Shown: positions 12,133 to 24,289 of the stretch, one piece after another | How positions within the stretch are numbered: position 1 is the first letter of the stretch | How the letters are laid out: each line of letters begins with the position of its first letter | Source: Antedon mediterranea | Lineage: Eukaryota > Animalia > Echinodermata | Direction: 5' to 3' | NCBI RefSeq assembly: GCF_964355755.1 | Contig: NC_092676.1 | Span: forward strand, 3,697,888-3,761,887 | Length of the DNA stretch: 64,000 nucleotides | Notes under the pieces: model-generated | The model's input: the letters and a program-made list of their open reading frames with translations, nothing else | What the model was told of the DNA's origin: nothing | The model's database searches: none | Program-made: the position numbers and the translations under genes

Positions 12133-13508
12133 TGAAAATGGTCATTATTGGACACCCCACGCCATTGATAGCCGTTTATTGAGACAGCTCCTACACAGGG
12201 ATGTTATAATTGCTTTTATACTGGCATTAGTTAATGGATAATATCAATTTTGCGCAGAAAACATTTACGCTCTAAAAAAAAACTGTTGTTACTTGGTATA
12301 ATTAATAGCTTGTTTAAACTACATTTTGTAAAGAAAGAATCTTACTGCTGCTGTTAATACTTTCCACACTAGTATTAGTAAATCAGAATAAATTATAATA
12401 GAAAGTATAAAATTTAAATAAAAATAATCAAGTAATAACATGCTGTAAATATGCATATTAATATTCTCAGATGCATTTTGATTTTCATTATTAATTTACT
12501 ATTCTTTGATTATTATCCTATTTAACGTTTTTAACCCTTATAACAGTAATCATGTGATGCCATTTGGACCAATCATGTTCTTGTATTTAATAGGCTACGT
12601 AATTACTATTTATAAACCAGGAGGAAAATAAGACGGGAGTCTTCCGGCTTGGAAATTTGCCGGACCATTATTTTATATACCATTTTAGGATGCTAATTCC
12701 AAATGCTATACGGGCGGTTTAGGGTGGTGTTTTCGAGAAAAACCATCATCTGACCAATTTTCACCTACAGTACTTGTAATTCGCTCAATTCCATGTTTTT
12801 ATAAAGGAAAGTTTTTTTATTTAATATGTAAACTGTAATTCTCAATTTCCACAATTTAGAGTAAGTCAATTTGTGAGGCAGTTACTACAATAAACAGGTT
12901 AAAGAACAAGCAAAATGTTTACAGTTACAACTGCAGTAAGACAATTTAGACATCATATATGTTATATTTACTACAATACAATAAAGTAAAAACGAAAGCA
13001 TTCCATACATTTTTTTACTTTTCTAACTTTCTTACAAAACAATGACATAAAGAAGGATTTTTTAATACAAAAAGTATCAACTGTTATGAATCGCTGTGTT
13101 GACATTAAAAGGTCTGAAAAAGTTAGTCAGGACTTTGAAATACAGAGGGTGCTGTTTCATATAAAACCACAAGACCATGACTATTCAATAACTGACAGTA
13201 TTACACTTGTTCACCACTTTCTTTCTAAAAGAAAATATTGCTATTAGAATTTCTGTCTACAAAAGTCAATGTACTATCATGGAGGTATGATATGACAATA
13301 CTATTATTATATTATTATACCTCCATGCTATTTAAACTCTTCAGACAAAAATGGCAAAGGATGAAAAAAAAGTGCAATTTCACTTTTCCTGCTGCTTTTC
13401 CAAGAAATGTTATGGTTGACTGAACCTGATCAGCTCTCACCCAATGAGTGAACAGCAGAGGATTATCAATACCACTCAAACCTAGCACTACTGTAATCAC
13501 AGGAATCT

Positions 13509-13547
13509 CATGGTTGACCGAGTCTGGTCAACTCTCAGCCAATGAGT
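13509..13547 (+). promoter_or_regulatory. Best-conserved example of the shared upstream module ATGGTTGA..(TCAAC)TCTCAGCCAAT.AG
   Basis: Variants at ~542, 4905, 5018, 5216, 7321, 10041, 13412, 16013, 18742, 31900, 34250, 38093, 48543, 48663, 50300, 53708; contains a canonical CCAAT box. Confidence 0.6.
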
Positions 13548-13722
13548 GAACAGCATAGGAGTATCAATTAATATGCATTACTTCCATTATTTTTACAAGT
13601 ACCACTAGTACTCATATAGTATTTCCTACAATATATTCATAATGTTGGTCTGAAATCTATAAATGTTATTTCCCTAACTTTAAATTGTCTTTAGAACCAA
13701 CAACTTTCTTGAAGAAACAAAC

Positions 13723-14464
13723 ATGATGCATTCTGGTAATATTTACCTACTGATTGTATTGACTTTATTATCTTTGTCTTCATCATATGATTCAAAGTTT
13801 GTTACTAGGCCATCATCAACATTAATTGTTTTTCAAGGTCAAATTCTTTCTCAATACTAATAATAACACTACTAATTTTGATTATTGTACAGAAGTAATC
13901 TGTTTTATTATTATTATAGTAATTGTCTGTTTATATACACAAAAACAAAGAAAGTTAAATCAAAAAATGAAACTACACTGTACAACCAAACCTTCACAAC
14001 AGGAAGACAAGGAGGAGGATTCAATGGTTTTAAACTAAGCAATGGGAAACATGGACAAGTATCAGGAAACAGAAAATGAAATATACGTAGATGGAAATGA
14101 GGTTGATATTAATCAGTCAATCAGAGCAAACGAATTTGAAGATTTGGATGGATATATAGAAAATGAGAATGAAATATACGTAGATGGAAATGAGGTTGAT
14201 ATTAATCAGCCAATCAGAACGAACGAATTTGAAGTTTTGAATGAATATATAGAAAATGAGAATGAAATATACATAGATGGAAATGAGGTTGATATTAATC
14301 AGCCAATCAGAGTGAACAAATTTGAAGATTTGAAAGGATATATAGAAAATGAGAATGAAATATATGTAGATGGAAATGAGGTCAATATTAATCAGCCAAT
14401 CAGAGTGAACAAATTTGAAGACTTGAATGAATATATAGAAAATGAAATATATCAAGTAACTTAA
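13723..14464 (+). pseudogene. D-type receptor remnant G4: signal peptide joined to TM/tail, Ig domains deleted
   Basis: MMHSGNIYLLIVLTLLSLSSSYDSKFVTRPSSTLIVFQGQ..* then an out-of-frame TM (IIIIVIVCLYTQK), DSMVLN-TAA and a 140-aa open repeat ORF. Confidence 0.75.
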
Positions 14465-14969
14465 CTTTTTAATCTCAAAATCTAAGAGAAAAAATATGTG
14501 GAATAAAATAAAGCAAATTTTAAGACATAGAAAAACCAATAATTCTAAATATTTTTATAAAATCCATTCAAAATTATATTATTTTTTATGAGATATGCTC
14601 AATACTATTAAAAACCCCCTTTTTAAAACTTGTTATTTAAATATTTTTAATATCCTATTTCATGTTGGGTGTATATTATGTGTAGAGCTACAGTATTCTA
14701 CTGGCAGATACCTGCTTTTACTATATATAGAAGTTTTAATTTCAGTTTGAAATTTATATTGAAGTATAGCAGTAAAACCTGTATAATATTCAAATTTTTT
14801 TTTTTAAAGTTCCTCGAAATTACACGTACATTGATTTTCCTATGATTAAGGTGAACAGTATGGGGTAGATGGTATGAGGTTTTAAGAAAAAAAACCAGAA
14901 TATGTAAATGATGTCAAGAATGACATAGAAGATGAATATCACTTTCTGTTAATTTGTCCGTTCTATAAT

Positions 14970-15651
14970 TACTCTAGTAGCTAGATCAACTTTCGTATGC
15001 ACTTTGAGGTCTAGAGAATTTGACTTCAGAAATTGGTTTAGGGTGGTCAAACAATCATTTTTGGCTTGGGTACACATTTTGAAAATGTCTCATTAGATTG
15101 AATATGAAAGCATGCCTTCTGAACATTTTGAGACTAAAATTGACTTGCTGCGACCAGTGGTTGCCGAGATACAAGTATCTATTTATATTTGTTCATATAA
15201 CCCTTGACCCTAACCCCTTGACCTTTTGTAACATTTTTAAAAATGTGCAACAAATAACAAAATGTTTATTTCGAACAATTTAAGACCAAATTCAAGTGTC
15301 TACGGTCAATAGTTACGGAGATACCTACATGCCCTTGGGTGTGGGTCAAAGGTCAGAAATGGCATTTCCGGTCATTTTTGACTAAAATATCCCATTAGAC
15401 TGAATATAAATGTATACCTTCTGATCAATTTGAGACCAAAATTACCTCGCTGTGACCAGTGGTTGTCGAGATTTAAGGACCTATTGGTGTTTAGTTTGAT
15501 AACCTTTTACCCTGACCTTTTGACCTTTCGCCACATTTTCAAAATGTGTAACCAAGCCAATAATGATTGTTTGACCATCCTAAACCAATTTCTGAAGTCA
15601 AATTCTCTGGACCTCAAAGTGCATACGAAAGTTGATCTAGCTACTAGAGTA
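14970..15651. mobile_element. Non-autonomous DNA transposon (MITE), ~110-bp TIRs, 3-bp TSD AAT
   Basis: Ends TACTCTAGTAGCTAGATCAACTTTCGTATGCAC...GTGCATACGAAAGTTGATCTAGCTACTAGAGTA; the empty paralogous site at ~6191 (ttctataatgagtt) defines the AAT duplication. Confidence 0.9.
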
Positions 15652-16185
15652 AATGAGTTACGTCACTTTATTTATTACCAGTTTTGTTTATAATTACCCT
15701 TCTGAAAGTAAGTTCATTAATTTAATGGCTTCCAGAAATATTACTTTAATTGGAAATATGTCTAAATTTTGTGCATTTAAAAAAAGAAATAATTCATTTT
15801 GCATCTAATTTTTGTAAATAAATTCTATGTACTTCGTGCTGTGTAAAAAAATGCCCTACAGTCTAGGGATAAAGAAGAAGTATCATGACAACATTGGAAT
15901 TGTTTAAGATGTATAAACTATAGTGTTAAGACAGAATTGTATACACCAGCTACTGAATGTCTATGCCATACTGACATCGAAATACAAGAAAAACAAAACT
16001 GTGTTAACTGTTATGGTTGATCGAGTTTGATTAGCTACCAGCCAATGAGTAAAAACTACAGAGTTTCAATTGTAAATTTGAAACTTTCGTTGTATATGAG
16101 GAACTAGATAAATACTGTAGATGCTACAGTGTATTCTGCACATTCTACTATCGCTGGCTTCAACTATTGATTATTTCCTTTCTAC

Positions 16186-16995
16186 ATGATCAACAACTTT
16201 GAAATCAACATGACTGGAGATTGTGATAATGTTTTCTTCCTGGTTGTATTGACTTTATTGTCTTCTTCTTCACTTGCTAATGTTGAGTTTGTTACTAAGC
16301 CACCATCAACAGTGACTGTCTATCCAGGTCAGAATGTTTCACTGCCTTGTGTTTTTAGGAATTTAACTCCAACTCACCACATAGTAGAATGGAGTTATTG
16401 GCCAAGTTATGACATCAAGTACAATATTTCAAAGGACAGAACTCTTTTGTTACCAAGTATTGATAATATTGCTGAAAGTTACTCAATTCTAGGTGATGGA
16501 ATGAATTTCACAATTGTTATCAAAATACCAAGTTTATTAGACTTTAAATTATCTTCTAGTATAAGAACTTATTATATATGCTCTGTGTTAGAACCAAGCA
16601 AAGGTGTCATAATAACAGCAACCTCAACTGTTATTATAAAGATACAACCATTTAGTACTCTAAACAAAGATGAGGAAAACAGTAATAACTTTTCAATTAT
16701 TACCGTTGTAGTTATTGTTGGATTTGGTATGATTGTTGTCCTCATGATTCTCTGTTTTTCCAGAAAAAAGAAAAGTCAAATAGAAAATGAAAAACAGAAA
16801 AAAAATAGTTCTCAGCAAAATACATTAACAACCAATAAACTTATTTACGATTACGCCACAGTCACTGAAATCGAGTTAGAAGATTATCAGGAAGTGGAGA
16901 ATGAATTTTACATTGGCGGTGATATTGTTATCAATGCAGAAAGTAAAACAGAATATGAAAATGTAAACCAATACAACTTAAAGGTCAGAGACTAA
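16186..16995 (+). CDS. Single-V-domain IgSF receptor G5, paralogue of G2; start may be 16210
   Basis: Same architecture and same tail truncation (YNLKVRD*) as G2. Confidence 0.85.
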   Translation: MINNFEINMTGDCDNVFFLVVLTLLSSSSLANVEFVTKPPSTVTVYPGQNVSLPCVFRNLTPTHHIVEWSYWPSYDIKYNISKDRTLLLPSIDNIAESYSILGDGMNFTIVIKIPSLLDFKLSSSIRTYYICSVLEPSKGVIITATSTVIIKIQPFSTLNKDEENSNNFSIITVVVIVGFGMIVVLMILCFSRKKKSQIENEKQKKNSSQQNTLTTNKLIYDYATVTEIELEDYQEVENEFYIGGDIVINAESKTEYENVNQYNLKVRD

Positions 16996-19096
16996 TTGAT
17001 AATGTACTATATGATGAGCAAGCTACAAGTTGTAAAGAATACGCGGTGAATAGTGGAAGGAATGAAAAAGGACATTTATTCCAGAGCAAATAAAAGATAT
17101 TATAAAGAACTAGAAGAGTATCAGGAAACAGAGAACAACTTATACGTTGGTGGCAATATTGTCAGCAATAGTGAAAGAAATAAAGACAATATAAACAGGG
17201 TCAGAGACTGATTGACAATTATGATGAGCCAACTACAAGTCATAAAGAAGAGGCGATAAAAAATGGAAAACAAGGAGTAAATATTATTTATTCCAAAGTA
17301 AATAAACAAGATTATAAAGAATGTGAAAATGAATGAAATATATCAAGGTCCTGATAAATTGTCACAGTAAAATATCAATTAGCATAAGATGAGAAATAAA
17401 TGTCATTGCAGAAAATTGTATGTATAGTTATTTAGTATAATGTAGACTTTTTTTACCTTTTGAACATTTTATACTTTGTATTTTTAAATGTTCTGTAGGT
17501 ACTGTACATATACTGCTTCTTCTTTGGGAGGTTTTTACAAATAAATAAAATTATTAGATAAATAATAAAAGACTAATATCATTGCATTTTCCATTGTTAA
17601 ACAAATATAGAATTATATTGTGTGTAACATTATGAATGGAACTAACCTTAATGTTATGCTATAGTGTATCCTCCTACACTCACTTGAGCAGTAGGCCAGG
17701 CCCAATGAAATTGGTGGTATATTATTGGTTTATAAATTGAAAATTACCATGGGCTTATCTCCAGGTTGGGCTTACACTTGAATCTAATTATTACTAATAT
17801 CTAATTTGTGCAACAAAATAATTGTGTAGAAAACACATTTTTCAGGATTTCTTCTCAGCGTTAACAACTTTACACCAAAATAATAAAATATGAAGCTTCT
17901 TGATTGGACAGAATGTTGTATTGCAACAGTCATTAAACTTGCTATTGGCAGTTCTTGAAAAAAAAACCGTCTAAACAAATAAGAATAAATTATATTGTTT
18001 AACCAAAAAAAGATTTTCATTTCAAGAAAAGACAATGAAGTATATTTTTACAAAACTAATTCAGTATTATTTCATTTGTATGTATTATTATACAGCATTT
18101 AACAGTCACTTCTTTTGAATGTTTGTTTAGCACAAGCAAACTCATTCCTACACAAATAAAAACCAATAAGTTCACTGAACTAAATACCAGAATTAGAATT
18201 TCAAAACTAATATGATGTACTGAGAACGAATTCCTTTTTAGTATGAAAACAAAACACTTGTTAATGTTATGTTTTTTTATGTAATTGTTACCGGAAAGGT
18301 AATAATTTTTATTGTGAAATGTTTTTTTTTAAATATACTATATATCTTGTAATCGTCAAAGATAGATTTTAAGTCATTTTTTCTTGTACTTGGCTATACA
18401 AAAGTTTAATAGAATGCTGATGTTCATAATAGATTTGAAGAATTGGGAGAAATTATTTTCCTTATTAAAGCAGTGCATATTGCAAGAAAAAACTAAAAAT
18501 ATAACATTTTGTGGGGTGGCAATTGACAAATAATAATAATAAAAACTTACTTATACTCATATATATATTCATATTAATATTTTCATTTAAACTTCAATAA
18601 TTTAAATTTAATTAATTTACCTAATTTAACTTTAATAAAAGGATGAAATGTTTCAATTCTTATTTGGTCATCATTTTCATAATTATCAGAAAAAAAACAT
18701 ACTATTCTATGAAACCTGCATAGGTACAGATATAAAATGTCATGGTTGAATGGTTTTAACTCTCAGCCAGTCAGTGTAAAGTTTTAATATTGTTTTAACA
18801 AAGGAAGTACATATATATATATATTCAAAATCATGCACTCTGGTACGTTATTGTAACACTATTATACAGTAAATACCATAGCACTTGTATAATACTTAAT
18901 AGGAATAACATCAGTTTCACATTCTGAAAAAGTTTCAGCTTAAAATTATTTAAGTATCCAGTACAAAGCCCTAGGAGCCTGTTGGAAAGTTTTAGAAGAA
19001 CATCACACCAGTATTTTGAGTCAGATACAGTGCATCAAGTTGTTTGAAAAGACTTCAATATCTGGTTTACAAGTTTTAATTTTCAACGAAAAAGTT

Positions 19097-21274
19097 ATGT
19101 ATAAATACAGTGTTTGCTTCCTTGTGATGTGGATTGCATTGGTTTCTTCTTTTTGTGAGTTTGTTACTATGCCACCATCAACAGTGAATGTATATCCAGG
19201 TCAGAATGAATGTTTCACTGCCTTGTGTTTTTGGTACCGGTAAATGTTTACATGAACATCAATACACAGTAAAATGGAGTTATTGGCCAGTCAAGTTTGA
19301 AGCTACAGAGATTATAACTATTTCAAATGACAAAAATCTTTTGTTACTAAGTTTTGATAACATTGCTGAAAGTTACTCAATTCAAGGTTATTTCAAGAAT
19401 TTCACACTTTTCATCAAAATACCAAGTTTAATTAATTTTAGATCTTCCAGTGTTAGCAGTCAGTATAGATGTTCTGTGTTTGAGCCAAATGGTAAAGGTG
19501 TCCCTGTTAAAACAGCAACTTCAACTGTCATTATACAGAAACCAAAATTTAGTAATCCAATTTGTGGAATAATCATCACTCTTGTTGTCATTGGACAAAC
19601 ATTATCATTAGAATGTTACTCACCAGTAAGAGACTATGATGTAACAACAATTTTAACTGTAAACAAACAAGTTCTACCTACTTATTATAATGGGGGCATT
19701 GCTTACAACTTGACTGTAACAAAAGAGTACCATAATGCAGTGTTTGTATGTGAATCGAGAAGAAAAGAAACAAATGAGACCAGAAGTTGCTCTGTTGGCC
19801 CACTCACTGTCAACTATAAACCAGAGATTAACATCACACAGATATCACCACTGGAATACATCTGTACTGCAGAGGCTAGACCACCTGTTGATACAACAGT
19901 CTGGATTGTGGAATCTAGTGTTCCAGAAGATCACTTTACTATTTCAAATAAGACTTTGAAATTTATTAAATTGCCAAAAGTTGGTTCTGAAATAACATGT
20001 GAAGCAGGAAATCTTTTGGGAAAAGAATCCAAGTCAATGATCATTCCATTGTTGAACAATAATGATGAAGACAAAATCAGAATTTACATGATCATATTAT
20101 GCATTGTTATAACTAATAACATCATTGTTGCAATTGGCGTTTGCTACCGTAAACATAAAAAGAAACAAAATAATAACATTACTGATGATGACTATGATGA
20201 TACCACTGTTCCTGAAAGGCAAGAAAGACAAGATGAAGATGAAAAATATCAAATAACTGACAAAAGCACCAGTCAACATTACCAATCATTAACATCAGAA
20301 AGATTGGCTACTAAATATGATACCACTTATGAAACTACTCTCACAATTGACAAAGGTCAGAGTGCAAGGGTTATGCCAGATGCTTTTCCATTCATGACCT
20401 CTATTGATGGTGGACAAAAGATAGAAACTGTATATGATACAGCTTATGCTGAATGTGCTGTTAACGAAAAAGATGACAAAAAATATGAAGTCATTCCTGA
20501 TCAGAATGTAGAAAAGACATCTGATGAAGTTTATGTGAATAATCCACATGTCAGGAAACAACAACCTAAAGGACCTGAATGTGATGAACCACAAATAGAA
20601 ATTGTTGTTGACAAACAAGACATCACAAAACATGCTGATGTTGAAAACACTTCCACATCCAGTTCTGTATATGTTAACAATCCACATGTCAGGAAACAAC
20701 AACCTAAAGGACCTGAATGTTATGAACCACAAATAGAAATTGTTGTTGACAAACAAGACATCACAAAACATGCTGATGTTGAAAACACTTCCACATCCAG
20801 TTCTGTATGTTAACAATCCACATGTCAGGAAACAACAACCTAAAGGTCCTGAATGTGATGAACCACAAATAAAAATTGTTGTTGACAAACAAGACATCAC
20901 AAAACATGCTGATGTTGAAAACACTTCCATATCCAGTTCTGTATATGTTAACAATCCACATGTCAGGAAACAACAACCTAAAGGACCTGAATGTAATGAA
21001 CCACAAATAGAAATTGTTGTTGACAAACAAGACATCACAAAACATGCTGATGTTGAAAACACTTCCACATCCAGTTCTGTTTATGTCAATAATCCACATG
21101 TCAGGAAGCAACAACCTAAAGGATCCTGTATGTGATGAACCACAAAAAGAAATTGTTGTTGACAAACAAGACATCACAAAACATGCTGATGTTGAAAATA
21201 CTTCCACATCCAGTTCTATTTATGTCAATAATCCGCATGTTAGGAAACAGCCATCTACAAACATTCAGAAATAG
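19097..21274 (+). pseudogene. A-type IgSF receptor G6 with a 4-nt duplication frameshift and expanded tail repeats
   Basis: cagaatgaatgttt at ~19203 (aatg duplicated) breaks the V domain start; further frameshifts at ~20807 and ~21123. Confidence 0.85.
20530..21250 (+). repeat. 138-nt (46-aa) coding tandem repeat, about 5 units plus a partial unit
   Basis: Unit VYVNNPHVRKQQPKGPECDEPQIEIVVDKQDITKHADVENTSTSSS; period 138 (aatccacatg at 20541 and 20679). Confidence 0.9.
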
Positions 21275-22933
21275 TGAAAATGGCCATTATTGGACACCCC
21301 ACCACATTGACAGCTGTTTATTGAGACAGCTCCTACACAGGGATGTTGTAATTGCTTTTATACTGGCATTAATTAGTTAATGGATAATATCTATATTTTA
21401 AGTAGAAAAAATGTATGCTCTCAAAAAAAAACTTTTGTTACTTGGTAGAATAATATCTTGTTAAGTAAATAACATGCTGTAAATATGCATTTTCTATTTG
21501 ATGTTCATTAGAATAGTAAATTATTAATTTACTATTCATTGATAATTATGCTTTATAAAGTTTTTAATCCTTAATGTTTTAATCCTTATAATGTTTTTAA
21601 TCCTTATAACATTAACCATGTGATGCCTTTTGGACCAATCATGTTCTTTTATCTACAAAGGCTTGTAATATTACTATATATCACTAGAATAAGTGCATCA
21701 AGTAATTTTGCTGTAAACTAATTTGTTAAATTTAATAAATAAAAGGTTTGCACAGTATATCATAAATGAGCATTTTATTATATAAACTTGTCTGTGTCTT
21801 ACAAAACAATACAAAAGATGTTTTTGTTTGTGCATAAAAGTGAGTATAGCTGTTACAACAGCATTCCTTCCTTCCTGTATGAACAACATTTAAAAACTTT
21901 GAACAAAATACAGACCTGTCAACCACAGAGTTAGAACAATTTAAGTAAGTTATCAAACAAAAAGCATTACAAATTTACACACACAAAATTGGAGAAAAGT
22001 ATGATAAAATAGGGTGAAAATCATATTAGATTGGAAGAATTATCGATTTGTTGGTGACTCAAAATATTTCATGCTTTGTAATATTACTTTTGTGAGGTGG
22101 TTTCCCGATTAATCGTACGATCAAAACGGTACTGGGTATGATCAACTAGCATTCGTGTTCCCACCTAATCATCCACTCATAGAAGTACTGATGAAGATAT
22201 CAATCTGTGGCGACAATAGAATGGACCCGAGACCTGGCTATCTTCGAATTTTAAAGAATAGAAAGTTTTGAAAAATTGTGTTACATGGTAGAAATGTACG
22301 TAGGCTAGTATGATGTGTATGTTTATTGAATGAAATTAAAATTGAAAAAGCCAGCAAACATGAGATCTTTCTTCACATAAAAGTAATCACTATGCTGATA
22401 TTAAAAGATTTGAACAAGGTAACATCTTATAAAAGATTGAGATATAGAGGGCACTTTAATAAACATACTAAAAGGTACATCTATATATAAATTTACGTAA
22501 GGGCAAAATTCGGTAAATCGCGCCTTACTTTTAGAATTTTTACTCGATGGTATGTAAAGTTGGTTCGTACTTTCGGTACTGATTTTAACCACCTGATGTA
22601 ACCCTGTTTACTAATTAAATTAAGTTAGATAATTAGTTATTGACGATTAAAACGAATTTAGGTTCAAAGATTTGCCCCAAATAGGGGTGTTTTCCGATCG
22701 TGGTATACACTGTCTAATGGATGTCCATCTTGAAAAATACCCGCCACAAAAATGCGAGGAGGCTTCGCATTTTTCTATCTCCTCCTACGATAATTGTTTT
22801 TAATAGCTGAAAACCGGTTGAACAGTTTGAGTACAGCATCATAATGTTGAAGACAGGCCGATTTTCTTTAAAAAATACTATTTTGATACATTTAATATAC
22901 GTTTTTACAAATGTATTGATTTGTGATGAATGG

Positions 22934-23460
22934 AACATTCCAAATTATTTGGTTTAACCATACAGGTATAGATTTAGATTTATGGGCCTCCTTGGAGAAT
23001 AAACATAAATAGTATTGCAATGCTGTACAATACTGTTAAGGTATTAACCACTTTTGATCGCAATTTGAATCGCAAATGTCTTACTGTGAGTGTTGGTACT
23101 GTTAGATGTAATATAAAAATATATACAAATAAACTTTATTACTGTGAGTGTGGGTAGGCCCTACTGTTAGATTATAAACATATAATATACAAATAAACAT
23201 TCCAAATTATTTGGTTTAACCATAGAGGTATAGATTTAGATTTATGGGCCCCCTTGGAGAATAAACATAAATAGTATTGCAATGCTGTACAATACTGTTA
23301 AGGTATTAACCACTTTTGATCGCAATTTGAATCGCAAATTTCTTACTGTGAGTGTTGGTACTGTTAGATGTAATATAAAAATATATACAAATAAACTTTA
23401 TTACTGTGAGTGTGGGTAGGCCCTACTGTTAGATTATAAACATATAATATACAAATAAAT
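22934..23460. repeat. Direct tandem duplication, two ~260-bp units
   Basis: aacattccaaattatttggtttaaccata occurs at ~22934 and ~23196 with near-identical continuation. Confidence 0.85.
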
Positions 23461-23990
23461 AAACGTTATTACTGACAGTTGCTTCTCAACGTTTGTATTA
23501 ATTAATAATTTAAAAATATATAAACGTCGTAGTGGTGTATCGTTACATGTACTTTACTATTTCAATCGACTATGACAGTGAGAGTTTTAACAAAGTACCG
23601 TATTAAATCGTAAATGTTTTACTGTATTTAGTGGTATATTATTTATAGGCCTATAAAACATTAAAAACAATATTTCGTTACTGAGTGGATAAGAATATAT
23701 TTTAAAATGTTTCCTCTTTGTACCTATCTTCTTCCCCATCCCTCAACCCTTAATGTTACATACAAAACACAAATTGGGTTTGTTTAAATGAGTCCAAATA
23801 AAAAAAAATTGTTTCTCTCTCGGAAGTAATTCCCAGGGTGCTAATTTTGGTTGACTACATAAATCATTGTGTATATTTATTCGTTTCTGTAAACGACAAT
23901 GTATTATAGTCCTGCGGTACGTACATTTGAAATCTCCATTTTTTTCTCGCTGGAAATACCGTGTATTCGAGAACCATCTGTGGGCACGAC

Positions 23991-24028
23991 CTAGATGGTA
24001 CGCGAGCGAAGCGAGCGTGCCATCTAGT
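23991..24028 (+). mobile_element. Possible Helitron-like 3' terminus
   Basis: Hairpin CTAGATGGTACGC-GAGCGAAGCGA-GCGTGCCATCTAG ending in CTAG followed by T; no 5' end identified. Confidence 0.4.
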
Positions 24029-24289
24029 ATTATACAATTATACAACTAGATTTTTCTCTATGTGTTGGTATTTATAAAATGATGATTGTTATAGTATTCT
24101 TTGGAAACTTGCTTAATAATAATATAATGAGTATACAGTACTACCTATTTTTAGAGAGGTTCAATTAGAATATATATATTGAATACTATGAATATTGAAT
24201 AAATGACCTAACAAGAAAAAAAAAGAATGGAAGAATAAGAATAAAATGGGTTGAGAACTAAATTTTGTTTATTTAAATTAAATTTAATA

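Noticed and set aside
2016-21207. Minus-strand hydrophobic ORFs (2016-2324, 11569-12096, 14117-14539, 20295-21068, 20761-21207)
   Set aside because: Antisense shadows of repetitive Asn/Glu/Lys-rich tails.
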